64,000 bases of DNA from Abditibacteriota bacterium (lineage in GTDB: Bacteria > Armatimonadota > UBA5829): positions 220,564-284,563 of the forward strand of contig JAFZNQ010000009.1 in NCBI GenBank assembly GCA_017552965.1, read 5' to 3'. Under the pieces are notes generated by a model. That model was not told the origin of the DNA and did not search any database. It worked only from the letters and a program-made list of their open reading frames with translations. This document shows, in pieces, positions 36,510-45,542 of this stretch (position 1 is the stretch's first letter; each line of letters starts with the position of its first letter). The position numbers were made by a program, and so were the translations under genes.

Positions 36510-38291
36510 TCAGTCGCCGAAGAAGCCGTTGCCAAAGCGCTCCAGCACGTGGAAGGAGCCGTAGGTCACGGACCAGCACAGGTTCTCCGTGTCGCCGCCT
36601 GCGTATCTGTTGCGGGTCATATTGATGCGCCATCTCTCTCCCGGCGCCGGCGTCCCTACGGCCATCTCGCCGAAGGGTATCCTGATCTCGCAGGTCCAGC
36701 CATCGGCTGTCTTGCGCACTGCAGACTGCCACTCCTTGTTCCAGGAAGCGTTGTATATCTGCTGGTCAAAATGGGTGTTCAGGGTGTTGACGGAAAAGTG
36801 ATTGTATTTGACGCCCCGGGGGTCCATGTTGAGGAACACCTCCACCGAGTCGTCGTTGAAGGTGTAGCCGTCTCTTTCCGCAGCGTCTGCCTTCAGGGTG
36901 TCCATGGAGGGCTCGGCGCAGTCAAAGGCAAAGACCACCGCCTCGTCGTCATAGCAGGCCTTCACGGTGGTGCGCACCGTGGCCGGCCGGCCCGTATTGT
37001 CCCTGCTGATCTCTGCCGCGGGATAGTCCCCCCACTCCTCCAGACTGCCGTCTATGACCACGGGAGAGGTCATCCTCTTCACCGTGTAGTCGGGGACCGG
37101 GAGCAGCTCCCGGGGCAGGCTGATGGCAGGGGCTGTGTCCCGGACAAAGCCGTGGCTCAGAGTGTAGTCGTGTATCCTCTCCGACTGAGAGGAAGACCCT
37201 CTGAAGGGCAGCAGGGCCTTGTCCTTCCACACGGAGCCCGAGAGCAGGTCCCCCAGAGAGGCGGTATAGTACTGGCTGGCAAAGAGAGCCTGCCCCAGAT
37301 AGGCGGTGCCCCTGGCCAGAGCTATCTGATCTATGTTCTTTTCCTCCCGGGCAGTAAAGTTCAGGCTGCCTATGCCCACGCAGGGGAACACCTTCCCCTC
37401 CAGCCGGGCCAGCTGCCGGGCCATGAGCTCTCCGAAGCGCTCGTCCGAGGAGGTGTAGGTCATGGGCACCAGCATATCCACCCAACTGTTGTCGGCCCAG
37501 TGCCCCCAGTTCTGACAATACATATATCTGGCCTCGTCGGGGTCCGCCGCCACGGCGGCAGACACTATCAGCTCCGGCTTGATCCTCTTGAGCCTCAGGG
37601 AGGTCTCCTGCACAAAGGTGTCCAGCATCATGGCTCTCAGGTCGATCCAGGAGAGATAGTCCCGGGACAGAAAGGCTATGTCGTGAGGGTCCGCGCCGTA
37701 GAGCCGGGCGTAGGCTGCGCAGGCCGCCTTGTTGTAGCCCCACAGGGCGGGCTGCTGGATCTCGTAGCGTATATAGTCCAGATGAAAGCCGTCTATGTCG
37801 TAGCGGGAGGCTATCTCCTCAAAGAGGCTCAGCATGAACTCTCTGGCCTCTCCTATGAAGGGGGATATCCACAAGCCTCCGTTGACGGAGAGGGTGTCGC
37901 CGTTCTTGCTGCAGTCTGTCCAGTCGGGATTGTTGGTGATGATGGCTCCCTGATCCTTGGTGTAGCCGGCCCTGAAGCACCACACCCAGGGATGGACCTC
38001 CATCCCCAGCCTGTGGGCCTCTCTGATGAGGGTCTGCAGCACGTCGTCCCTGTCCACGAATCTGGGGTCTCTCTGGAGTATGCGGCTGGGATACACCGCA
38101 TAGCCTCTGCATATCATCTCGGGAAAGAGCAGGTTGAAGCCGGCTCTGTGATATTCCCTCACCATGTCCACGGCTTCCCGGTCCGTAAGAGGGACCTTGT
38201 CCGAGTTGATCCAGATGCCCCGTATCTCTGAGTCGGCCATACAGGCCGACAGAGTCAGGAGAGCCAGGAGCAGGGTATATAGTGCTTTCAT
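36510..38291 (-). CDS. Lipoprotein glycoside hydrolase-like family 10 (GHL10/DUF187) domain protein with C-terminal CBM9-like carbohydrate-binding domain
   Basis: I prefer the ATG at 38289-38291 (MKALYTLLLALLTLSAC lipobox). EIRGIWINS... TIM-barrel GHL10 motifs. The C-terminal ~190 aa are CBM9-like (DGSLEEWGDYPA...VFAFD...WTCEIRIPF). Confidence 0.6.
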   Translation of the reverse strand: MKALYTLLLALLTLSACMADSEIRGIWINSDKVPLTDREAVDMVREYHRAGFNLLFPEMICRGYAVYPSRILQRDPRFVDRDDVLQTLIREAHRLGMEVHPWVWCFRAGYTKDQGAIITNNPDWTDCSKNGDTLSVNGGLWISPFIGEAREFMLSLFEEIASRYDIDGFHLDYIRYEIQQPALWGYNKAACAAYARLYGADPHDIAFLSRDYLSWIDLRAMMLDTFVQETSLRLKRIKPELIVSAAVAADPDEARYMYCQNWGHWADNSWVDMLVPMTYTSSDERFGELMARQLARLEGKVFPCVGIGSLNFTAREEKNIDQIALARGTAYLGQALFASQYYTASLGDLLSGSVWKDKALLPFRGSSSQSERIHDYTLSHGFVRDTAPAISLPRELLPVPDYTVKRMTSPVVIDGSLEEWGDYPAAEISRDNTGRPATVRTTVKACYDDEAVVFAFDCAEPSMDTLKADAAERDGYTFNDDSVEVFLNMDPRGVKYNHFSVNTLNTHFDQQIYNASWNKEWQSAVRKTADGWTCEIRIPFGEMAVGTPAPGERWRINMTRNRYAGGDTENLCWSVTYGSFHVLERFGNGFFGD

Positions 38292-38301
38292 AGTGCAGTC
38301 C

Positions 38302-39627
38302 TTATTTGATAAAGTAGGGGTTGTTGATATTGCGCTGGATGATGTCATCCACTCTCTTGGCTATTCTGTCGCAGGCCTCGTCCATGGACTGGCGCCCCAG
38401 CCACACGTTGCCTATCTCATAATTGGATATCTGATGAAAGTCCGTGGAGCTGATGTAGGGCGATATCTCCAGGGGCCTGGCTTCCTTCAGGTCGTCCAGC
38501 ACGTTCTGATTCTCCGTTTCCTTGGGATAGTCGGGATTGAAGAGAAAGTTCTTGATGATGGGCTCCGTGTTGATGGAGGGCACCCCGTCTCCGTAGTCGG
38601 AGACCAGATTCTGATTGGCCTCCCCGAGGAGATGCACCAGAAAACGCACCGCCTCCGCCTTGTGTTTGCTGCCCTTGGGTATGCAGTAGCTCTTGGAAAG
38701 GAGTATATTGTTGGGACAGGGGCTCTTGGGCAGCCGGGCTATGCCGAACTCCAGGTCCGGGAAGTATTCCCGGAAATAGGTCACGTAGTCCCTGCCTCCT
38801 ATGAACATGGCTATCTTGTTCTTGCCGAAGAGCATCCTGTCACCTCCTTCCCCGCCAAAGGCGTCCAGATTCATGATCTCGGAGGGCGAAGGCACCACCT
38901 TGTCCTTCATGCGCAGGGCTTCCCACTCCCTCATGCCCTTTTTGGCCTCGGGGCTGTTGATGAGACAGTGTTTGCCGTCCTGGGAATACAGATGGCCTCC
39001 GTACATCCACACGAAGAAATGACAGTCCTCAAACACCATGAGCCCCTTTTGCACCGACAGCTTTCTGTTGCCAAAGTCCTTGTAGAGGGTGAGGGCCCTG
39101 GCCGCCTTTTTCAGGTCCTCCCAGGTCCAGGTGGAGTCGGGATAGGCCATGCCCGCCCGGTCAAACAGGGTCTTGTTGTAAAATAGGCTCAGGGTGGACT
39201 GGTTCTCCGTGATGCCCACCAGCTTGCCGTCCACGAACAGATAATCCATCAGGGACGGGAAAAAGTCGTCTATGGGAATGTTGTATTGTTTGATGTAGGG
39301 GGTCAGGTCTTCCAGCTGGCCGTATCTGTAAAAGGTGCGAAAGGCCTCCACGTCATAGGCGGTGAAGATGTCCGGGCACACGTTGCCCGCCAGCTGGGTG
39401 AGTATCCTCTGCATGCCGGCGTCCACGTCGTTGATGACCCTAATATCGGGATTGAGGGACTCAAAATATTTGATGGTCTGGGCCCTGATGGGAGTGGCGC
39501 CCACCACCCAGCGGATGGTGGTGACGCCGGGACGCTCCGGATGCAGGGTGAGCCCCAGATAAATGCCGCAGGCGATGACTGCCAGAGCGAACAGGATCAC
39601 TCCGACAAGGGATAGATATTGTCTCAT
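38302..39627 (-). CDS. ABC-transporter extracellular solute-binding lipoprotein (family 1, sugar-type); no cognate permease genes adjacent
   Basis: I prefer the start at 39625-39627 (MRQYLSLVGVILFALAVIACG; lipobox VIAC). SBP_bac_1-like length and composition; 441 aa. Neighbours are not ABC permeases. Confidence 0.7.
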   Translation of the reverse strand: MRQYLSLVGVILFALAVIACGIYLGLTLHPERPGVTTIRWVVGATPIRAQTIKYFESLNPDIRVINDVDAGMQRILTQLAGNVCPDIFTAYDVEAFRTFYRYGQLEDLTPYIKQYNIPIDDFFPSLMDYLFVDGKLVGITENQSTLSLFYNKTLFDRAGMAYPDSTWTWEDLKKAARALTLYKDFGNRKLSVQKGLMVFEDCHFFVWMYGGHLYSQDGKHCLINSPEAKKGMREWEALRMKDKVVPSPSEIMNLDAFGGEGGDRMLFGKNKIAMFIGGRDYVTYFREYFPDLEFGIARLPKSPCPNNILLSKSYCIPKGSKHKAEAVRFLVHLLGEANQNLVSDYGDGVPSINTEPIIKNFLFNPDYPKETENQNVLDDLKEARPLEISPYISSTDFHQISNYEIGNVWLGRQSMDEACDRIAKRVDDIIQRNINNPYFIK

Positions 39628-39687
39628 ACTCGTCACTATGCACCTCGGACAAACATATACCCCGCCGGAGCGGGGCATAGCGTTTAT

Positions 39688-40920
39688 TTAAGCAAATCTG
39701 ATGTATTCGGCGTGGGCCGCTATCTCGGACAGGTCCTTGCCCGCTTTCAGCATGCCGTAAAATTCTTCCACCAGAGAGATGACCCGGTCAACGTGGGGCA
39801 GGTCCGTCTCCTCGGTGATGCCGCAGAACTCCCGCAGGGATTCTCTGACTCCGTGCTCGGCGCAGTAGGAGGACACCTTGACGGCGGCCTCGTCGTCGGG
39901 CTGGGCAAAGAGCAGTCCGGCGGCTATGCCTATGCACACGTAGACAGGCAGGATGCCGTTAGCAAGGCAGCTCTTCACGGTGCCTATGAGCCTGTCGTTG
40001 TTGGACAGCTTGCGGACGGGGTCCTTGCCCACTCTGGCCACCGTGTCGCCCAGTCTGTGATTGGCAAAGCGGAACAAGAGCTCGTCGGCGTGGCTCGTGA
40101 GCTCGTCATAGGGGTAGTCGTACTGCTTGCACAGGGCGGCCACGGACTCGCCGAGGGCGTATTTGCATATGAGCTTGATGCCTGTGTCGGCCATAGACTC
40201 ATAGGTGTAGGTGTAGCCCTTCAGAAAGCCCAGATAGGAGCAGACTGCGTGGGACATATTGTGTATGAACAGCTTGCGCTTGATAAAGAACTCAAAGGGA
40301 GCAAAGGGCTTCAGGTTGACTATGGCCGGTATCTCGCCCTTGAAGGCGTTCTTGTCCACGGGCAGCTCGCAGTAGGGCTCCACGAACACCACCAGAGGGT
40401 TCTTGGCCTTGGCCTCCGCGGGCACCATGGGCACCATTCTGCCTATGGAAGCCTCCACCAGACCTACTGTCTCCAGAAATCTGGCGTATTCTTCCTCGCT
40501 AAGCTCCTTCTTCATCAGGTCTCTGATAAAGCTGTCGGCTTCCAGCAGGTTTTCGGCGATGATGATGTTGAGGGGCTTGTCATTGCCTATCTCCCAGCGC
40601 TTTCTCAGGCCGGCGGCCACGGGCTTGATGATGTAGGGCAATACCCGGACGCCCACGGAGGTGGACATGAGATCGGCAGTGGCTATCTCATCGGCCACGG
40701 CTTCGATCACCTTGCCGTCCACGGCTCTGGCGCCTGTGATGGTGATCAGCTTTTCTTCCTTGTCGCTGACGATATTGATGGGGTAGCTCCTGTCCTTGTT
40801 GAACTGCTCGATAACGGCGTCCACCACGTCCACAAAGACCAGCTCATAACCCGACTGATGGAACAGCTGTCCCATGAAGCCGCGTCCTATGTTTCCCGCT
40901 CCGTAAAGTACTGCTTTCAT
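39688..40920 (-). CDS. Mannitol-1-phosphate 5-dehydrogenase family protein (mannitol dehydrogenase N/C domains)
   Basis: MKAVLYGAGNIGRGFMG Rossmann N-terminus diagnostic of the MtlD family; 410 aa; RBS AGGAG. Confidence 0.7.
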   Translation of the reverse strand: MKAVLYGAGNIGRGFMGQLFHQSGYELVFVDVVDAVIEQFNKDRSYPINIVSDKEEKLITITGARAVDGKVIEAVADEIATADLMSTSVGVRVLPYIIKPVAAGLRKRWEIGNDKPLNIIIAENLLEADSFIRDLMKKELSEEEYARFLETVGLVEASIGRMVPMVPAEAKAKNPLVVFVEPYCELPVDKNAFKGEIPAIVNLKPFAPFEFFIKRKLFIHNMSHAVCSYLGFLKGYTYTYESMADTGIKLICKYALGESVAALCKQYDYPYDELTSHADELLFRFANHRLGDTVARVGKDPVRKLSNNDRLIGTVKSCLANGILPVYVCIGIAAGLLFAQPDDEAAVKVSSYCAEHGVRESLREFCGITEETDLPHVDRVISLVEEFYGMLKAGKDLSEIAAHAEYIRFA

Positions 40921-40953
40921 ATTATAACTCCTGATCGGGCCCGAAGGCCTTGT

Positions 40954-42198
40954 TTATGACTCGTTTTTCGCCAGTGCGGCGTAATGGGCTATCCTGTCCT
41001 CCAGGTCCGGCAGCCGCTCCCGGGTCCCGGGGGCGGTGATGGCCAGGGACAGGTCCCGGGTGGCCGCTTCCTCGTGGCCTATGAGGGCCCAGGTAGCGGT
41101 GATAAGGTTGGCAAACTCGGGGTTTTCCAGAGCCTTGCAGACAAAGCTCTGCCTGGACGAATTGATGTCCTCTCCGGATATCTGCATGAGACCGCGCAGG
41201 TCGCAGAGAGCCTTCACTCTCCTCAGCTGCTCCGGAGTGTTCCGGGAAGGCATGTAGGTCACTGCGTCAAAGCCCAGGTCCGAGAGGGTGTCAAAGAGCA
41301 GCTCCAGATAGCTGTCCTCGAAGGTCTGGGCCTTCTTGTCGCCGGTGACGCTCTCCCCCACGTCTCCCAGATAGGCGTAGGCGGATATGGCTCCTATGGA
41401 CCGGGCAAAGTCTATGAGCTCCCTCACGGGAGGGCATTCCTCCCCCGCGGGGATGAAAAACCGGTCCATCAGGGAGGACTTGAACACTCCCAGCAGGTCA
41501 TACTGCCCGTGTGGGTTGACGGGGTCCCCGAGCCTCTGTCTCTGAGTGGGCGAAAGGGCTATCCCCAGCCCCTGCTCCACGTAGTCCGTCAGGTCCCTGC
41601 CCAGAGGGTGCGCCGCCATGATCTTGCCCGCAAATGCAAAGAGGAGATGCCTCTCGGTCACCGTGCCTCCCTCCTCATAGCGGGAAATGGGCAGCACGTC
41701 CCGGTCAAAGTCCAGCTCTGCGCCCTCTGCCACCTCCGACAGCCGGGCCGTCATGAGCCGGTCTCTCTCGAGACGCAGCTTCCTGTAGGGCGCCAGATAC
41801 CGGTCGCAGGCGTCTATCTGCGTGTGGGGGATGCCGTGGAGGGCCATGTAGGCCATGGTAGGCTGGTCCGGGTTGTTGATCCTTTTCCCTTCCAGAGGAG
41901 TGCCGGCAAAGGAAGCCCGCACCTCAAAGCCTATGGTGGTCCGGATGCCGACTATCCTGCCCGCCTCGATAAACTGCCGGGTCCCTGCCACCGAATCATG
42001 GTCCATGATGCCGCAGGTGGACAGGCCTGCCTGCTTGGACAGCAGTACGGCCTTGGCCGGCGTATAGGGCGAGAAGGAATACACCGTGTGGATGTGGTTG
42101 TTCACATACACGGGGGATGCGGGAGGAAACTCCGTGGCGGCCACCGCCGCCCTGAGGGCCTCCGGATCTTCAAGGGAATCGTGGATCGAGGGATTCAT
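40954..42198 (-). CDS. PHP-domain metal-dependent phosphoesterase
   Basis: NHIHTVYSFSPYTP...GIMDHDSVAG His/Asp motifs of the polymerase-and-histidinol-phosphatase fold; 414 aa. Confidence 0.6.
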   Translation of the reverse strand: MNPSIHDSLEDPEALRAAVAATEFPPASPVYVNNHIHTVYSFSPYTPAKAVLLSKQAGLSTCGIMDHDSVAGTRQFIEAGRIVGIRTTIGFEVRASFAGTPLEGKRINNPDQPTMAYMALHGIPHTQIDACDRYLAPYRKLRLERDRLMTARLSEVAEGAELDFDRDVLPISRYEEGGTVTERHLLFAFAGKIMAAHPLGRDLTDYVEQGLGIALSPTQRQRLGDPVNPHGQYDLLGVFKSSLMDRFFIPAGEECPPVRELIDFARSIGAISAYAYLGDVGESVTGDKKAQTFEDSYLELLFDTLSDLGFDAVTYMPSRNTPEQLRRVKALCDLRGLMQISGEDINSSRQSFVCKALENPEFANLITATWALIGHEEAATRDLSLAITAPGTRERLPDLEDRIAHYAALAKNES

Positions 42199-42249
42199 TC
42201 ACACCTCCGGAAAATGGGATCCGAGTTTACAGACCGCCCCGTCGGGGCG

Positions 42250-43377
42250 TCATTTTTGCTTGTCTTCATACAGCTCCGAGTCCGCCAGATTGATCAGGTC
42301 GGGCACCGAGTCGGCCTTGCTGCCGGTGACGCTGCCCATGGAGGCGCTGATGGTATAGCCCTTGTGCTTGGTGATATCCAGTATCTGCAGCCGCCGGACC
42401 ACGTCGCTCTTGATCTCGTCCAGCTCCTTTTTGATATCGCCGGTCCAGCTGTCCTTGACTATGACGAATTCGTCGCCGCCGTATCTGTAGGGTCTGGCGT
42501 TCTTGCCTCTGCACACCCGCTTCAGGACTCCGGCAAACAGCTGCAGGGCCACGTCGCCCTCATGATGGCCGTAGGTGTCGTTGATGGACTTGAAGCCGTC
42601 CAGGTCCAGCATGATGATGCCCCACTTCTTGTCCTCGGAGGCCTTGCGCTCCATATCCCTGAAGAGCTGGCGCCTGTTGTAGAGGTCCGTGAGCTCGTCC
42701 CGGGAGATATAGGCGGTGATGTTCTGGAAATAGCAGAGTATCATGCCCAGGGTGAGACCTATGGGCAGGAAGGCGGAGGCGGGCCACAGCACGTCCAGCA
42801 GTCCGAATACCACCAGGAGCAGGCAGAACTTGAGTATGTTGGCGTGGTCCTCTCTCTCGGAGTAGTGCTGCTTGTCAAAGTAGGCGATGCCGGAGTGGAC
42901 TATCAGTATGAGACAGGGCAGCCCCAGAGGGACGTACCACAGGTTGTACAAGGGGGTCCTGGTATAGAAGTCGGACCAGAAGAGGGACAGCCTGACCGGG
43001 GTAAGGATGCACAGGACCAGAAAGATGAGATGCAGCAGCCAGGACAGCCTGACCATCATGGGAGCCTTGTCCTTGAAGGTAAAGAGGGCCCCGCCGAAAA
43101 ACAGGCACACAGTGACGTAGAGAGAGGTCTTGAGAGCCAGATCGCAGACGTAATGCCACACCGGGGGCAGAGCGTCGCCCAGCCCGAACCACAGCAGCGA
43201 ATCCAGGGTGTAGATCATGATGAGCACTGCCCCGGATATCATAAATCTTTTGTGCCGGCTCACCTGATCGGATACGCCCCCCATCTTAGCGTAGTGGGCG
43301 TACAGGAAAAAGACTATCACCAGACTCAGGAACAAGAGCTCCAGATATGGCACCAGCGGCATTTCAAAAGGGATCAT
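42250..43377 (-). CDS. Membrane-anchored diguanylate cyclase (6-7 TM helices plus GGDEF)
   Basis: N-terminal polytopic membrane domain; C-terminal GGDEF with RYGGDEF active-site motif and RxxD-like I-site region; 375 aa. Confidence 0.85.
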   Translation of the reverse strand: MIPFEMPLVPYLELLFLSLVIVFFLYAHYAKMGGVSDQVSRHKRFMISGAVLIMIYTLDSLLWFGLGDALPPVWHYVCDLALKTSLYVTVCLFFGGALFTFKDKAPMMVRLSWLLHLIFLVLCILTPVRLSLFWSDFYTRTPLYNLWYVPLGLPCLILIVHSGIAYFDKQHYSEREDHANILKFCLLLVVFGLLDVLWPASAFLPIGLTLGMILCYFQNITAYISRDELTDLYNRRQLFRDMERKASEDKKWGIIMLDLDGFKSINDTYGHHEGDVALQLFAGVLKRVCRGKNARPYRYGGDEFVIVKDSWTGDIKKELDEIKSDVVRRLQILDITKHKGYTISASMGSVTGSKADSVPDLINLADSELYEDKQK

Positions 43378-43479
43378 ACGGCCTGTCCTATATATTCTCC
43401 TTTATTTGCCGGCGCTGCCCGGAGGCAGCCGGCTCAGACTTACACATACTTATTATAGCATTTTTTCATCAAATACACA

Positions 43480-43507
43480 ACAAAAAGCCCTCTCGCGAGG
43501 GCTTTTC
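43480..43507. terminator. Terminator hairpin after tRNA-Ser (minus strand)
   Basis: aaaagccctc-tcgc-gagggctttt; on the minus strand the stem-loop is followed by TTTTTGTTGTGTATTT. Confidence 0.65.
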
Positions 43508-43509
43508 GA

Positions 43510-43597
43510 CGGAGTAGGTGGGATTCGAACCCACGAGCGAGGAATCCCGCTACGGCATTTCCAGTGCCGCTCCTTAGGCCAGCTCGGACACCACTCC
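43510..43597 (-). tRNA. tRNA-Ser (anticodon GGA)
   Basis: Reverse complement GGAGTGGTGTCCGAGCTGGCCTAAGGAGCGGCACTGGAAATGCCGTAGCGGGATTCCTCGCTCGTGGGTTCGAATCCCACCTACTCCG. Anticodon stem CGGCA/TGCCG, loop CTGGAAA; long variable arm; 88 nt. Confidence 0.85.
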
Positions 43598-43732
43598 ATA
43601 CTGCCGCCGGGGCCCTGCTGGGCCGCCGGCTTGGTTCTTATGCAATTCAATGATACCAAATATGCCCCTCGTTTGTCAAGCAGACACCGCCCCGGGAGGC
43701 AAATTTGCAAAAAAAACTCTTCAGGGGCCTGC

Positions 43733-43761
43733 TTGTGGTTTTTGCGGGGGTGTGCTATAAT
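43733..43761 (+). promoter_or_regulatory. Sigma-70-like promoter (TTGTGG-17-TATAAT) for the secreted phosphodiesterase gene
   Basis: ttgtgg at 43733-43738; tataat at 43756-43761 with TG at -14/-15. Confidence 0.5.
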
Positions 43762-43788
43762 AAAGGCGCGGAATACAAGAGGTATTTG

Positions 43789-45387
43789 ATGAAAACCAAG
43801 CTGTTTATTTTTCTCGTCTGCGCCGTCCTTGCCGCGGCAGCGGCCTCCTGGGGAGCCGACCGCTACGTGTACAAGCACGTGGTCATCGTGGGCATAGACG
43901 GAGCCGGCAGCTTCACGCTGCAGACCCCCACTCCGAATATGGACCGGATATTCCGGCAGGGCGCATACACCACCCGCTGCCGGGCGTCCATCCCCACCAT
44001 CAGCGCCCAGAACTGGGGCTCCATGCTCCTGGGCGTCACACCGCAGACCCACGGTCTCACCAACGAGATCATCAGCGCCCGGACCTATGAGAACCGGGAG
44101 CATCCCACCATCTTCCGGATGGTGCGGGAGGCCATGCCCTCCGCCCGTCTGGGGTCCTTTTGCAACTGGAACCCCATCAACTACGGCATAGTGGAGCAGG
44201 ATCAGGGCGTGACCTTTGCCACCGCGGACGACGCGGCTCTCACGGTCAGGATCACCGACTACATCCTGGAGCAAAAGCCCGAGCTGCTGTTTGTGCAGTT
44301 TGACAACGTGGACCACGCGGGCCACACCTGGGGCTACGGCTCGGAAAAATATCTCCGGACCCTTACTCAGACGGACGTCTTCGTAGGCATCATCCATGAC
44401 GCCCTCAGGGGCGCCGGCATTCTGGAGGACACCCTCTTCATAGTCCTTGCCGACCACGGAGGCATCGGCACCGGCCACGGCGGCGTCACGGACGAAGAAA
44501 AATACGTGTTTTTCGGAGCGGCGGGCCGGACCGTATGCAGCAACAGCCGGCTGGACCTCTGCAGCAGGGACCTGGCCGCCATAGTCTGCCGGGCTCTGGG
44601 CGTCAGACCCCATCCCGTGTGGGATTCCTACGTGCCCAAAAAGCTGTTCCGGGACTATCCGTCTCCCCCGCAGAGGCCCCGGGCGCCGGCTCTCCGGCCC
44701 CGCAGCAGCGCCCCTACCCCCTCCGGCAGCCGGGCTCTGGACAAATATGCGGACACGGCGGCCCTCCGGTGCGCTCTCATGTTTGACAGCAGCCTCGGCT
44801 CCGCCTTCGGCCCGCTTCAGCCCGAAGTCCTCGGCAAGGCAGCCTATACGGAGGGCTGGTACGGACAGGCCTGCCGCCTGGACGAAAATAGCAGTCTCTC
44901 CTTTCCGGGCCTTTCCTTCGGCAGGGACAGCTTTGCCATATGTCTCTGGATGAAGACGGACCCGGGCCTGGAGGGAGACCCGGCGGTCTTTGGCAACAAG
45001 GACTGGGCCTCGGGCTACAACAGGGGCTTTGTGTATTGTTACAGAGGCGCCTTCAAGTTCAACGCCGGCGACGGAGACCGGGTCAGGTCCGACTTCGATT
45101 ATTACGCCCCGGAGGCCCCCGAGGAGGGCTGGTCCCACGTGATACTGTCGGTGAACAGAGAGACCGGCAAAGTGGACTACTACTGCAATTTCGAGCTGCA
45201 GTCCTCTGACGCTCTCGCAGAGGACCTCATGCAGACATCCTTTGACTCGGGCCTGCCCTTCAGGCTGGGCTCCGACGGCACCGACAGCCCCCAATACAAG
45301 ATGCGGGGCTCCTTTGACGACCTGCTCATATTTGACAGGGCCCTCACCCCCTCAGAGGTCGGCAGGCTGAAGGACTACTACATGTGA
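43789..45387 (+). CDS. Secreted alkaline-phosphatase-superfamily phosphodiesterase/nucleotide pyrophosphatase (type I phosphodiesterase-like) with C-terminal LamG/concanavalin-like domain
   Basis: I prefer the start at 43789 (MKTKLFIFLVCAVLAAAAASWGA signal peptide) over the tracked 43705. Metal-ligand motifs GIDGAG...T(P/T)..., DHGG, FDNVDHAGH; the C-terminal ~200 aa have a LamG-like signature ending ...GSFDDLLIFDRALTPSEV. Confidence 0.65.
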   Translation: MKTKLFIFLVCAVLAAAAASWGADRYVYKHVVIVGIDGAGSFTLQTPTPNMDRIFRQGAYTTRCRASIPTISAQNWGSMLLGVTPQTHGLTNEIISARTYENREHPTIFRMVREAMPSARLGSFCNWNPINYGIVEQDQGVTFATADDAALTVRITDYILEQKPELLFVQFDNVDHAGHTWGYGSEKYLRTLTQTDVFVGIIHDALRGAGILEDTLFIVLADHGGIGTGHGGVTDEEKYVFFGAAGRTVCSNSRLDLCSRDLAAIVCRALGVRPHPVWDSYVPKKLFRDYPSPPQRPRAPALRPRSSAPTPSGSRALDKYADTAALRCALMFDSSLGSAFGPLQPEVLGKAAYTEGWYGQACRLDENSSLSFPGLSFGRDSFAICLWMKTDPGLEGDPAVFGNKDWASGYNRGFVYCYRGAFKFNAGDGDRVRSDFDYYAPEAPEEGWSHVILSVNRETGKVDYYCNFELQSSDALAEDLMQTSFDSGLPFRLGSDGTDSPQYKMRGSFDDLLIFDRALTPSEVGRLKDYYM

Positions 45388-45390
45388 CCC

Positions 45391-45420
45391 AGGGCCTCCG
45401 GGCCCTTTTTTCCTTTTTTC
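45391..45420 (+). terminator. Rho-independent terminator after the phosphodiesterase gene
   Basis: gggcc-tccg-ggccc hairpin followed by ttttttccttttttc. Confidence 0.65.
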
Positions 45421-45542
45421 TCCCCGGTCCATAGACAGGACCGTCATATTTGTGTTATAATATTTATAAATAGATATTTATGGCCTGCCCCCGAGGGACC
45501 CGGGCCGACACCACACGCGAGAGGCATTGACACGACAATATC

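Noticed and set aside
43597-43660. GC hairpin gccggcgg...ccggcggc upstream of tRNA-Ser, considered as a regulatory element
   Set aside because: It overlaps the region where the tRNA promoter must lie. No conserved motif is recognisable and I could not identify a convincing -35/-10, so it is too ambiguous to call.
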